Assembly: GCF_006345805.1 (NCBI RefSeq)
Contig: NC_043002.1
Span: 38,564,001-38,628,000 of the forward strand
Length of the DNA stretch: 64,000 nt
Direction of reading: 5' to 3'
DNA from: Octopus sinensis
Taxonomy: Eukaryota
Position 1 is the first letter of the stretch. Each line of letters starts with the position of its first letter. The notes below the pieces were generated by a model. The model searched no databases. It saw nothing but the letters and a program-made list of their open reading frames with translations, and was not told where the DNA came from. The translations under genes and the position numbers were made by a program. Positions 38,800 through 52,308 of the stretch are shown here, in pieces.

Positions 38800-39116
38800 C
38801 GTGTGGAATATTTTTGACATTTACTCTCCTTCCTCCCTCTCCACTTTCATTCTCTCATCGTATACATACATACATCCATGCATATATACATATATACATT
38901 TACATACACGCAATATATATCATGATTCGCCATGATTGTTCGCTAGCCACTAAACCTTTCTTATTTTCTTTCTCTCTGCTTATTTCTGAGTTCCTTTCTG
39001 TTGAAGAGCGTAGGCACGAAACATAAAAGACTTTCCCACTTCGCGAGCGTTAAACTAATACATCTGTCTGTTGTTTACACACCCGTCTTCGTCTTTGTTT
39101 TTTTTTTTTGTAAATT

Positions 39117-39120
<4 letters not shown>
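38800..39120 (+). mobile_element. Penelope-like pLTR fragment with A6U hammerhead variant (38994-39029)
   Basis: CTTT-CTGTTGA-A-GAGC/gtag/GCAC-GAAAC-ATA-AAAG. It shares TCGCCATG..TTCG.TAGCC and GAGCG..A.ACTAATACA with the 27851-28160 copy and ends at (TA)n. Confidence 0.7.
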
Positions 39121-39153
<33 letters not shown>

Positions 39154-39234
39154 TCCCGGGTTGATTCGGGGTTAACCACAGTAAATAAGGTACTCAATAC
39201 ATAGCAGAGTAAAATTAATTTATTATATAGAAGG

Positions 39235-39285
39235 AGCTTCTACAGGACTAGAACTGTTTCATTCAAGAGAAATCTTCAGGAAGCT
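39235..39285 (-). ncRNA. Type I hammerhead ribozyme motif (left arm)
   Basis: Exact reverse complement of 40634-40684. Confidence 0.75.
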
Positions 39286-39497
39286 AGTTAACAAGAATTG
39301 TATTGGCATTTATACATTTAGGCAGGTTTAAAGGGGTGTTGGTGGGGGACTTTTTGGGGTAGGCATAGCGCAAAAAATCATACTTGGGGGAGTGGTCAAG
39401 GAGTCAGTGTTAAATTAGATAGGAGAATAAATAAAAAATAAAAAATAAAAAATAAAAAATAAAAAATAAAAATATATATAAAAAAAAAAAAATTAAA

Positions 39498-39530
<33 letters not shown>

Positions 39531-39532
39531 AA

Positions 39533-39588
<56 letters not shown>

Positions 39589-40401
39589 GGGGGAATAGAG
39601 TTTTAGGTAAATAAGGAGATTCTCACTTATACCTCTACACATACACACATATATACACTCACACATACATATACACACAGAAAAATATATATATATACAC
39701 ATACACACATATATATATACACCCACACATACACATACATACACATACACATACATACACATATATATACATACATACACATACACATACATACACATAT
39801 ATATACATACATACACATATATATACATACATACACATACACATACATACACATACACATACATACACATATATATACATACATACACATACACATACAT
39901 ACACATACACATACATACACATATATATACATACATACACATATATATACATACATACACATATATATACATACATACACATATATATACATACATACAC
40001 ATACACATACATATATATATGTATGTGTATGTGTATGTATGTATATATATGTGTATGTATGTGTATGTGTGGGTGTATATATATGTGTGTATGTGTATAT
40101 ATGTGTATATAGGGACTAGTGTGCTGTGTGTGCATGTGTGTGTATGGATTTGTGTGTGTATGCGTGTATGTGAGTATGTGTGTGTATGTGTATATATATA
40201 TATATTTTTCTGTGTGTATATGTATGTGTGGTCGTGTGTGTATATATACATGTGTGTATACGTGTATGCAAGTGAGTGTGTGTATGTATACATATATATG
40301 TGTATGTGTAGATATGTATATGTATGTGTGAGTGTATATATGTGTGTATGTGTAGAGGTATAAGTGAGAATCTCCTTATTTACCTAAAACTCTATTCCCC
40401 C

Positions 40402-40454
<53 letters not shown>

Positions 40455-40633
40455 ATATTTATTTTTTTATTTTTATTTTTTTTTTATTTATTCTCCTATC
40501 TAATTTAACACTGACTCCTTGACCACTCCCCCAAGTATGATTTTTTGCGCTATGCCTACCCCCAAAAAGTCCCCCACCAACACCCCTTTAAACCTGCCTA
40601 AATGTATAAATGCCAATACAATTCTTGTTAACT

Positions 40634-40684
40634 AGCTTCCTGAAGATTTCTCTTGAATGAAACAGTTCTAGTCCTGTAGAAGCT
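40634..40684 (+). ncRNA. Type I hammerhead ribozyme motif (right arm)
   Basis: Stem I AGCTTC/GAAGCT; CTGAAGA; stem II (T)TTC-tctt-GAA(T); GAAA; stem III ACAG-ttctagtc-CTGT; predicted cleavage after GTA at 40678. Confidence 0.75.
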
Positions 40685-40686
40685 CC

Positions 40687-40722
<36 letters not shown>

Positions 40723-40724
40723 TA

Positions 40725-40920
40725 TATTTGTTTCAGTCATCAGACTGTCAACATACTGGGGGACCGCCTTCAAGAGTTTTAGAGGAAAGAAACGACTCTG
40801 CGCTTATTTTGAAAGGCTGATACTTATTCCATCGACCTCTTATTTATAACTGCTAAGTTATGGGAGTGTACACAAAATAACACCGGTTTTCAACTGGTGC
40901 TAGGGGCAAACAACACAAAG
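40725..40920 (-). mobile_element. SINE 3' tail fragment related to family 1
   Basis: TTGTTTCAGTCAT...CATACTGGGGGACCGCC is the reverse complement of the tail motif. Confidence 0.65.
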
Positions 40921-42048
40921 GACGCATATGGTATCTTTACGGTTTGGCTGCCAGCATTTCAAAACCTAAAGTTTCCCGAAAATTTTCAAATTTGGCACAA
41001 TAATACACTTGCCGAAACTGAATTGCTGGAGTTATTTCATTTTTTCCTAGAAAGATATTTTCAAAGGGTTATAGAGGTTTAAAGTTTGGTCATTTTCACC
41101 ACGTCGGGAAATAGGATTTGGAAGATGTCATTTTGTACCCGACTGCACATTTTGTCGTCAACATCCTGAAAATACCACGTCTTGTCAATATTTGTAAACA
41201 ACACGTGTTATGTCTCCGATAATTTTCTTTCATTTAATTAAATCTTATTTGGCTGTTATTTTTAGCATACCTTACAACTGCATCAATGCTCAATGCAAAT
41301 GCGATAAATATCACGTGATATACGATAAACATATTTCAATTTTTAACAGAAAGATTTGGAAGAATTAAATGAAACTTCTCCGCTAATTTTCTTTGGTGTA
41401 AATAAATGTTTATGTCCATTTTAAAATTAGCCAGCAAAATCTTATAAAATGACTATATTCCAAAAGATGTATATGTTTATGTGTTATATATGAAATTAAG
41501 AGTTAACAAAATATGCTTAAAAAACAAGCATTTAAACATGCAATAAGCAACGCATTACAAAATATTTCTAAAATTGAAAACGAAAGTTAGAAATGCATTC
41601 AATTAATACTTAACACGTGCTTCCCCGCAGATAAATGACTTTTCAAAGGCTGCTGTCAACACCTGCTTCATCACAGACTTTTCAAAAACTGTTACTATGG
41701 CAATAGGCAAAAGAGTTCTCATGTTCCGCTTGTTACTATCGAAGTAGACATGAATGTGTATGGCTTACGATTGGCTAAAATTGCCAAAAGTTTCAAACTT
41801 TAATAACTAATAACTCTTTATTGATTTATAGTGAAATTACATTCACATCATTAATTACTCTATAAGAGGTTATACTGTATATAAAATCAATTCGAAGAGA
41901 AAATTGATGCTGGCAGCCAAACAGAAAGTTCCTGCATAGGCATGTACATTTATAATATATATATATATATATATATACATATTATTATACATACATGCAC
42001 ATGCTCACACACATACACACACACACACATACACACACACATACACAC

Positions 42049-42127
<79 letters not shown>

Positions 42128-42593
42128 TGCATACATATATATATGTGTGTGTGTGTAAGTATGTGTTTGTCTGTTTTTGTGTGTGTAGGAGGTTGAAAAG
42201 TAACACACCAGTTGATATGTATAAGGTAAATAAGCCAAGGTAGAATATGCTAAAATAATTTTATCATGAAATGCATTTTGTAACGGTTAGTACTGGTTTC
42301 AATCTTTTCGACTAAGGTGGATATTGATTAAGAAGAAAAACAATTAAATTGAAGAAAAAACTAAATGTGATATTTTGTAAATATTTCCATAGTCTTCAAA
42401 TAGTTAGAATTTTTTTGTTTCTTCTGTCTGTCTGTCTCTCTTTCTTTCTCTCTCTATCTCTTTCTCTTTCTCTTTCTCTCTCTCTCTTTTCCTCTGTGAA
42501 GACTCGGTAGGTAGCAGCAGATCTGAAAAAGTAGTGTTTATGGGTGCAGAGAAATATTTGATTCTGACGTTTGATGGCTTAAGCAGCGGTAAC

Positions 42594-42662
42594 AGAAGAA
42601 GAAGAAGAAGAAGAAGAAGAAGAAGAAGAAGAAGAAGAAAGAAGAAGAAGAAGAAGAAGAAG
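42594..42662. repeat. (GAA)n microsatellite
   Basis: Directly visible. Confidence 0.95.
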
Positions 42663-43659
42663 ATGGCAGCATTTCGTCCGTCTTTATGTTGTGTTGAAAT
42701 TCCGGCGTGGTCAGCTACGCCTTTCATCCTTTGGCGGTCAATAAACAAAATACCAGTTGATCACTGGGGCCTATGTAATCGATTTAGCCCCCTACCTTCC
42801 GCCTCCCCCGAACTTGTTGGCCTTGAGCCAAATTCTGAAACAAATATTTTAACGTGCCATTGAGAGATCTGTTATCCCATACTATCTTCAAAATGACAGC
42901 TCCAAGGGAAGAATGCATTCTATACATATTATGAGGAAAGCAGCCTTGATGACCTCTAAATACTTAAACGCCAGATATTTTCAAGCTTGTTATCGACATC
43001 CCAGGTTAGTCCCATGACGGCAGAAAGTCTTTATTACACTCAGCAATATAGGGTCCAAGACAGGTAGAGCTCAGTGACTAACTCTGAATGACCATTCTTG
43101 TAACCAATTACTGATTAATGGTGAAACAACAACAAACAGTTAATTAAATTATTTGATCTTCTACTATCATTGGGAATGGTATAAATAGAGGGAATCGTTA
43201 CTCGAGTGTGACACGTGGTAATGCTGGTGTTGTCGCAGTAATCACGATACCAGCGTTTAACACAGGTCAGTTCTAAATGTGATGTTAGTGGTTGTAATGA
43301 CGGTGGCGGAGGTGGTGTAATTGCAGCGGCAGTGGGTTTCGTGGAGGTTGTGGGTTTCGTGGTTGCGGTGGCTTTGATGGTGGTTGCAGTGATTTTGGTG
43401 GTCGTCGTAATGGTGAGCAAAATTTGATTTGTGTTCTTATTTATCAATAGTTCAGCCCTGAACAAGCAGCACTACGATTAAAGGCATTCCAACCGTGATC
43501 ATCCTATTTGATCCCTATTGACAGGATATCCAGATACACATTAGGATCAATGTGTCGTTTTATAAGATAGTAAGTAGCGGTTATTAATCCTTTTGATTCT
43601 ATCAATATTGGATATTGTTTTAATGAAATATTGAAGCGCCTACAAATAAGGTAAAATAT

Positions 43660-43858
43660 CGGTTTCATATATTGGCACAAGGCCAGCAATTTCGGGAAAG
43701 TGGGTAAGTCGATTACATCGACCCCAGCGTTTAGCTGGTACTTATTTTATCGACCCCGAAAGGATGATAGGTGTAATTTGAAATGAGAGCGTGAAGTTGA
43801 ACGAATTACCGCAAAGCACCTTAATGTTTTTGCTAGCGATTTTCCCAGCTCTCCACCC
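43660..43858 (-). mobile_element. SINE family 2, older diverged copy
   Basis: GTCGATTACATCGACCCCAG...GGTACTTATTTTATCGACCCCGAAAGGATG; flanked by AATAAGGTAAAATAT. Confidence 0.8.
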
Positions 43859-43874
43859 AAATAAGGTAAAATAT

Positions 43875-44090
43875 TCTTTTCTACTCAAGTCACAAGGCCC
43901 TACATTTCGGGGGAGAGAAACCAGTGGATTAGATCGACCCCATTACGCAGCTGGTACTTAATTTATCGACCCCGAAATGATGAAGGGCAAAGTCGGTCTC
44001 GGCGGAATTTGAACTCAGAATGTAAGGCCAGGCGAAATATCGCTATTCATTTCGCCCGGCGTGCTAGCGTTTCTGCCAGCTAGCCGCCTC
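43875..44090 (-). mobile_element. SINE family 2, younger copy
   Basis: Complete head GAGGCGGCTAGCTGGCAGAAACGC...; flanked by AATAAGGTAAAATAT. Confidence 0.88.
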
Positions 44091-45182
44091 AATAAGGTAA
44101 AATATTGAAAATTGGTTCATACCTTTGCTTATTAATTACACTTTCCCTGAATACTTAAACACTATATTACATTTTTAAAGTCTTGCCTTACATTTAGAAA
44201 AACACAGTCCATCTAGATATAGCTTGAGGTACCTGGTTAAGAAACACTGCAGAAGTTTTATATGAATACATGCTGTCGATTCGTGGATTTATGATGTTGG
44301 TCGTGGCGGGTGATTGTGTAATGTCTCACTATTACGAAAAGGTCATCATTACTCACTAATGATCCTGGCCTGTACACCTACTTAGATATGTAGTGTAAAG
44401 GAAAATAATTGAAATAAACAGATATTTTTATAATTATACGCCATTTTCTTTTTGACAATGCTTCAGAAACCGAATGGGACTGAATCGATTTCATTGTCTG
44501 CTGGAGTTTTCGTCTACATATTATTGTTTTGTGTTATGTAATTTCCATTCTAATTCTTATATATTTCATTCAAAAGGATTAGTCTTGATTCAGAGTTTTG
44601 GTTTAGCATGTTTTTCTGGTGAGAGTATTTTAACAAATAATGAAAATAAGAAGCTCTATATTGTGATTAGACATTTAATTTTATTTTGTTTTGTCTTTAA
44701 TTTTAAGCTTTCCGTATGCATAACATATAAATCATTATACACCAGATATCAAATAAAACATTTTATATATGTCTTCACACTCTCTCTTCACGTTTATAGT
44801 ATTTCTTAAGCATTTTCTACCAATAAAAGGAAAGAAGTGTTTTAAGGCATCAGAAAATATGGAAGCTTGTCTTCTTACAAAGCTTTACATTATTCAAAAA
44901 CATAGATATCCAAATATTTCTGAATAAGAAGTAAAAGCAATAATCAATTCCAGGTTTTTTCCTTGTTTGTTTTTTTCGTTTCTTCTCTCTTTTTGTTTTC
45001 GATTTTATTGTTTTCAAGGATTTCACTTTCTTTTCTGCCATTCCTTGCTTTTCTAGCTGGTTTACAATATAGTGTGAAAATTCCAATATTATCAGCAACT
45101 GGTGTATTAAAATACAAGTCTTATATATACACACATACACACACACACGTTGTAAATATTTTATATATACGTAGAAATATAT

Positions 45183-45256
<74 letters not shown>

Positions 45257-45327
45257 TGGGGGAGCTACATATATGCATTCGAATATATATATATATATAC
45301 TTATATACATATATAAATAAATATATT

Positions 45328-45361
<34 letters not shown>

Positions 45362-46310
45362 CATATACATACATATATAATATGCGCCTATATAAGTGTG
45401 TATATATATTTATATATATATTGTATGTGTACATTCATGTATGTGATAAATGTATGAATATGCACATATATGTTTATATATATATATAATATATATATAT
45501 ATATATTTGTGTGTGTACACAAAGAGAAGCCTATGCAGACGCGAACGAACACATTTCCTGACGTGCCCACGAACAATCACACACACACACGCACATACAC
45601 ACAAACAATACACACCCACACACACACGCACATACACACAAACACAACACACCCACACAAACAAACACAACGCACGCACACACCTATATTATTATGTGTT
45701 TACGTGTGCGTATATATACTTCTGTATCTTCATATATGGTGTACATGTAGGTGTATGTATGTGTGTGTCTATAAAAGCAAAGCCCATATTATTGGAATAT
45801 TTTCCAATGAACACCAGGTGCATCAATTACAAACATTACTTAAGGTGACTAATTCGATATCCAATGTAATAGTCCGTTTGTTATAAACTTCTTAGACATA
45901 CAACCTACAGCAACCCCGCTTTGAGCTTCATCCGTAGCTATCGATGTTTTAAAGCGAAAGTGGTGCAGTCTTAACGGACAATGTATTGATCCCGTCACTT
46001 TTGATTCCCGTTAGCAGAGAAGGGTATTTAACTTGCCGATCGATTGAAGCTTCTGATTTGTTAAAGAGATATACAATATGGTTCTTGTATAGAAGTAAAA
46101 CCACCGTAACTTTATTTATAAGTATTTTTGGCTTTTTTACTCTGGCTATCGTTTCTCGTCCTAAAGACTGCTGATCGGAGAATCGGTAAGGCGAAAGGCA
46201 AAATGCCCTGTAGTTCTTAGTTATATCACCTCTCGTACTTTGCTTTTAATCTTGCCGAGATCGATAGGATGTTACCAAGGAAAGTATTGGGTTCTATGTA
46301 ATTGAATCTA

Positions 46311-46875
46311 TTGGGTTGTCCGGAAAGTTCTTGCCGATTTATAGTAGCTTCCCTTTCGACTTATTTTAGAACATGGTTGAGTCCATAAAATAGGATTTGA
46401 CTACACCTCCATTTAGAGCACAGTTTAAGCTATCTTTTCGTGGAAGAAGGTTTATGTTCCTATAACCTGTGTTAATTCTGTAATCCTTTAAAATGGAAGA
46501 TAAGAAATTTCCTTTTCGGCACTTGATGCTTTGGGAACCAGACAAAAATTGCCGCAGCTCAGCTGGGATGTGTTACCCTACACTCCATATCCACCAGATA
46601 TTGTTCCTTCGGATTTCCACTTATTCAGGTCTCTGCAGAATAGTCTTAATGGTAAAAATTTCAATTCCTTGGATGACGTAAAAAGATACCTTGATGAATT
46701 CTTTGCCATTAAACCACCTCAATTCTGGGAAGAGGGTATTTTCAAGTTAAAGAAAGATGGAGACGCATTGTGCAATAAAATGGTTCATATTTGGTTGATT
46801 AAAAATGTAATGGCAAGTATTTATTGACCTTTCCCTTTCCTTCAAAAATCGGCACGAACTTTCCGGACAACCCAA
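46311..46875 (+). mobile_element. Internally deleted mariner element with roughly 30-bp TIRs and TA TSD
   Basis: TA|TTGGGTTGTCCGGAAAGTTCTTGCCGATTT ... AAATCGGCACGAACTTTCCGGACAACCCAA|TA. Encodes WDVLPYTPYPPDIVPSDFHLFRSLQNSL, the mariner YSPDLAPSD motif. Confidence 0.92.
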
Positions 46876-47075
46876 TACATCTCCGTAAAACCTTGTAGCT
46901 TTGTGCTTCTGTTAGAAATCGTTATTTGTTTCTGTCTATACGTCTAGAAGACTGGTAAACTATATTTTCAATGGTTTAACTCCTTCTTATGTAGTATTGT
47001 CAAAACAGGAAATATATTCAATACAAGTTATTTATCTATTGCAACTAATTTGAGATTGAAAATTAAACTACATGT

Positions 47076-47265
47076 AGGCGTAAAGGTGGCTGCGTGTTAC
47101 GTAGCTTGTTTACCAACCACATGGTTCTGGGCTCAATCCCACTGCATGGCTCCTTGGGCAAGTGTCTTCTACTATAGCCTTGGACCGACCAAAGCTTTGT
47201 GAGTGGATTTGGTAGACGGAAACTGAAAGAAGCCTATCATATGTATATATATATATATATAATAT

Positions 47266-47307
<42 letters not shown>

Positions 47308-47574
47308 CATATATATATATATATATATAGATGTATGTATGTATGTATGTGTGTGTATGTGTTTGTGTGTCTGTGTTTGTCCCCCCTCCCAACATCGCTT
47401 GACAACCGATGCTGGTGTGTTTACGTCCCCGTAACTTAGCAGTTCGGTAAAAGAGACCGATAGAATAAGTAATAGGCTTACAAAGAATAAGGCTTGGGGT
47501 CAATTTGCTCGACTAAAGGCGGTGCTCCAGCATGGCCACAGTCAAATGCCTGAAACTAGTAAAAGAGTAAAAGA
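47076..47574 (+). mobile_element. SINE family 1, full length
   Basis: Head, microsatellite and tail as in the other copies. Confidence 0.92.
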
Positions 47575-48349
47575 ATAATTAATGGGCTAAATATGTAAAC
47601 CAGTTCTAATTATCGCAGAAGAATATCGTTGATTGAATGGTAGAGATTTTGCCTGCTTTTTCCTATTTTCTCGATTGTCGAAATCGAGGAAATGAGTGTG
47701 AATTTAACCTCAGAAAATGTTGCGCTTCCGAATAATGTATCAGCTAAACAATTAAATACATCTACAACAAACAATGTATATTTTCGTTCATTTACTTCCA
47801 TCCTTATCTCAGCAAGTACAGAGAAATCATTGCTCAGCTGATGACGTCAAAATAGGGCACCGCATATCTTGAGTTTTCTCCCTTATTTGTAATAATTACA
47901 ATATCCATTATTGATTAGTATAGCTTTTCTTTATTTTGATGCATAATTGTAGCAAATGATGTTTTAATGATCTCTGCATTAAACGTGTCAATCTATGAAA
48001 CTACTTAATAGATACTTATTTTGAAATGCATTTTAATAGAAAGCAACCCATTTGTCAATTAGTCATTTAGAGATATGAATGGGAACTTAAACCAATAACA
48101 GGGAAAATAATTATTTGTGGAACCACAAAGCGAAAGAAATATTTTAAAGATGTATCCTCTAATACGAATCGGAAAACCTAACCTTTTAATCTAAGAAGAA
48201 ATCAATATAAGACAAATATAAATGAGAATATGTGTATGTGTACGGTTGTATGTTGTACGTATGCCTTATACATATATGTCTGTGTGTGTGTGTCTGAGGA
48301 CTGAGTCTGTCTTTAGGTGTTTTGTATGTATAATTGTCTCTGTATGTGC

Positions 48350-48393
<44 letters not shown>

Positions 48394-48738
48394 TGTGTGT
48401 GTGTGCTTGTGTTGTAAGGAGTAAGTAGGTGTATGAATGTATGTAATTGTACCTGCATGTGTGGATGTGTTTGTATGTTCGCTGAAAATATATTGTGTTT
48501 ATTTTAGGTTTTATTACCAAGTGATGAAGTAGTTTAACATTTAATCAGTGTATATCTATTTGTAACTGTCAATCGTTTATTGGCTCATTTTAATTTACTA
48601 TATTAAATGGGTCGTAGAATATCCTCTTGATGGATGTGTTTGACAAAAGAAAAATCTCAACCTATCGTCTAAGACTCTTATGTTTCTTTTTATTTGAATC
48701 ACTCCTTTAAACTTATTACATTTCGTGTCCTTATTTTT

Positions 48739-48778
<40 letters not shown>

Positions 48779-49470
48779 TTTCACAATGCGTTGCCTGTAA
48801 AATTAGTTTCAAATTTATTTAATCAACAAAAGTCACTTAGTTTTATTTCGCATGAAATTGTCTGTTTGGTACTTCTTTTCGAGGTGTAAATTCTTTTGAG
48901 ACTTCCTTTAGTTGAACTTTTATTATAAATTACACATCACATAGATCACTCCTTTTGAATGATTAATGAAGTGGAAAGTCCAGAGTTGACTGAAGTTTAT
49001 CGAAAATGTGAAGAAACCCATATATTTTTGATCGTACAAGTATAATTTGCGACAGTTCATTTCGCTTTCTTTCTTCTTTCCTACTTCAAAATACAGCAAT
49101 TCATCTAATCTTTCATATTATGTTTTAGTAATCTGTAATGATTCATCAGATTATTCTTTCCTGCTCCTACACTAAAATATTGGCATTGTTCCTCAGGAAC
49201 GAAATTATTATTCTTGATACCAAAGCTATTTTAACCTTTTTGCATAATCATATAAGTAAAATTCCCCGCATTTATTATTATTAATCAACGAACCAAGGAA
49301 GGAGCTTCTATGCAGTGACTCGATTTATTAGAAAGAGCAACTGATTTTTTCGTAAATCACCCTCTGCCACCTTGAAAAAGGAATAGCACGCTAGATACGT
49401 TATTCATTGATGCACTATGGCTGAAAAGAAAGCGTATTGCAGCTGGAAAGCCGTTGTGGTAGATGGAATA

Positions 49471-50150
49471 CAAGGGTGGGCGGAAAAGTTCATAGGCTAA
49501 CTATGAATGATTGATACCAGAGCTGGGATATCTTGTATGCATTAATTTCAAGTCCTTTTATCTAATAACTGCATTGTTTCTTCTTCTCTTTTTTGTCTTT
49601 TTGGCTTCATCACTTTGAACCAGACACAAAGAGATAATTCAAATTTATGCAGTGGAACCACTTCGCGTCACCCGAATCAAAGAAGACTATGGTCGTTTCA
49701 TCTACAGGGAAGGTGAATGCCTCAGTATTTTAGTATGCAAAAGGCATCGTGTTTATTGACTAACTTCAAAAGGGCCACACCATCAATGTTACGATGCCAA
49801 ATTCCTGAGGCAGTTACGAAAAGCTATTAACTGCAAACTCCCAAGAAACCTGACGAAAGTGGTCTTGTTTCATCAGGAAAATGCTCCACCACACACGTCC
49901 TTGCTTTCAATGGCTACCTGTCCGGTTGACCACTCTTCCTATTCTCCCCATTTGGCCCAATTTGACTATCAGCTGTTCCCCAACTTAAAAGAAAACACTT
50001 GTCTGTGAACCAGTATCGCAGTGATGATGAAGTCATATCTCCCGTTGATCACTTTCTTGAGCAACAAGATGAAAGCTTCTTCACTACGGGGATCCAAAAA
50101 TTGCAACACCGGTGCGAAGAATTGTATGGACCGCAATGGGGACTATGTAT
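49471..50150 (+). mobile_element. Degenerate mariner fragment
   Basis: TA|CAAGGGTGGGCGGAAAAGTTC TIR-like start; residual motifs KGIVFID*LQKGHTIN, VLFHQENAPPH, YSPHLAQFDYQLFPNLK and CMDRNGDYV. Confidence 0.8.
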
Positions 50151-50335
50151 TCCATGAGAATACTTTGGTCAATTACACAGCTAACTATCATAAGTGCAGA
50201 TATATAAACCTTTAAATGCTTTCTATGAAATCAAAACGTTATTACACAAGGAAAGCTACAATTCCGCATATTTTCAGTATTTTCGTTGCACGTGAGAGTA
50301 CCCGAGGTATGGTTTTTGGACAGTTCGTTTTTAGT

Positions 50336-50753
50336 AGGCGCAGGAGTGGCTGTGTGGTAAGTAGCTTGCTAACCAACTACATGGTTCCGGGTTCAGTCCC
50401 ACTACGTGGCATCTTGGGCAAGTGTATTCTGCTATAGCCCCGGGCCGACCAATGCCTTGTGAGTGGATTTGGTAGACGGAAACTGAAAGAAGCATGTCGT
50501 ATATATGTATATATATAAGTGTGTGTGTATATGTTTGTGTGTCTGTGTTTGTCCCCCTAGCATTGCTTGACAACCGATGCTGGTGTGTTTACGTCCCCGT
50601 TACTTAGTGGTTCGGCAAAAGAGACCGATAGAATAAGTATTGGGCTTACAAAGAATAAGTCCCGGTGTCGATTTGCTCGACTAAAGGCGGTGCTCCAGCA
50701 TGGCCCCAATCAAATGACTGAAACAAGTAAAAGAGTAAAAGAGAGTAAAAGAG
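50336..50753 (+). mobile_element. SINE family 1, full length
   Basis: Head, microsatellite and tail ending (TAAAAGAG)n. Confidence 0.92.
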
Positions 50754-51796
50754 TATATAACGTGAATCAAAATCTGTTTCCAATTCTTTGATGCAGAGAA
50801 CGACTTTGTTTACGATACCTATATGTTTTAATTCATTTTACAACCATTTGGACACAGTGGCTCCAGTTATAAATGAAATATTTAACCAAAACAATCTAAT
50901 TTTTGAAGACGTTGTCTTGTTTAAAAGTTAAAGAAAGTTGCTTCACAATTTTACTTAAACTTTTTTAAAAAGCTAGCATTTTTAAGGGGAGGGGTCAATT
51001 CAATAACATTGAACCCACTGCTATACTTGCACTTTGTTTTATCGATCCTGGAGGGATTAACGGCAATGTTTACTTTGGTGATTCAAAATCAGAATATAAA
51101 GAATTAGAAGACATGTCTATAGGAATTGCTTGACGCTCAAGCGATCCTGTCGCCAACTCGATTTAACTTTCTGTATAACTGATATAATGCAAAATTCCAA
51201 ACTTCGTATTTTTGCTCCCAACGAAAATACAAAAAATTGAAATATCTAAGTTTCAGCTGCGAAATATCTTTGGTTAATGTGTTGGTAACGAAATTTGCGA
51301 TAGTATATGCAATACTAACACAAACACAAAACATAAACAAACACAACGGCCACCGCCTAAGAGATCAGATTCAAAAACTTAATGTATCATCTCAACTGCT
51401 GTTGGAAAATTTTAATTAACTTATTCTCTATTCAACGTATGAAATTCTTATACCAAGAATTATATTCAGCTACGGGTTGATTAATATTCACCATTACTGA
51501 GACAATGGGTTACCGTAGAATCAATGCGCATATTGTTACTAACAGTGCATTGTCCCTATAACAAAGACAATGAACTTTTATAAAAGGAACTTGTATTTAA
51601 GTAGGTATTTATAAGTTTTATAATACACCGCTTAAAGCAACGTCATCTCTATAGATGTAACAAATAATTTTTTCAAGTCCGTCTGTCATACAAGATATCA
51701 ACGATACACTAACACTCCACCCGGTTCACGCTTAAAAATCAGAATATTAGCATCGTTTTTATTGAAGCTTGGACTTGAAAACTGTTTTATATACTA

Positions 51797-52308
51797 CTAG
51801 CAGTATCGCCCGGCGTTGCTCGGGTTTGTAAGGGAAATAACTATATAAGCATTTTTAGAGAGTTACTTCCCTTATAGATGCCAATTCGGGCTTTCTTAGC
51901 CATTTTTGTTTTGGTGTCTTCGAGCCATGAAGTCGTTGTTCTAAAAGAACGCTGGTCTCCTTCACAACGCATTACGACGTTGATTTCTTTACACTCCCTT
52001 CCCCACAGCTTCACGAGGGAGGGAAGGGGGAGAAGCAAACAGGTGCAGCTGTGAGCGTGGATGCCAACTCCGCCGCCATCGACACACGATGCATTTTATG
52101 CATTAAAATGGAATAAAAAATGATGTTAAATTATTTTTAAAATCGTAGACTTATCGTTGACGCGCGCTAATAGTCAGACGGGCTCGATATGAATCACGAC
52201 TATAAGATACCCGAATTTGGTTAAACTGCACCGCAAAATGTGGGAGGAGTTAGGAATCTAAATCGAAGGGGACAGACACTCACACAACTAGAGTTTTATA
52301 TATATAGA
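51797..52308 (-). mobile_element. Non-autonomous Helitron
   Basis: On the minus strand it starts A|TCTATATATATAAAA and ends CCCGAGCAACGCCGGG (hairpin), 8 nt, then CTAG|T. Inserted between host A and T with no TSD. Confidence 0.8.

Larger units (their letters stand above)
39147..40695. mobile_element. Roughly 1.5-kb near-palindrome: inverted PLE-type arms with a mirrored microsatellite core
   Basis: 39224-39440 is the reverse complement of about 40481-40695, with one G-run indel seen. Inner arms 39583-39670 / 40320-40410 also mirror. The CA-rich to TG-rich switch is at about 40015. Confidence 0.85.

Noticed and set aside
43115-43465. Thr-rich (minus) or Gly/Cys-rich and hydrophobic (plus) ORFs
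   Set aside because: Degenerate (ACC/GGT)n low-complexity DNA gives open frames on both strands; similar tracts occur at 19760-19900.
45900-46300. Mostly open minus-strand frame next to the mariner MITE
   Set aside because: Possibly a decayed TE ORF, but no diagnostic motif could be identified.
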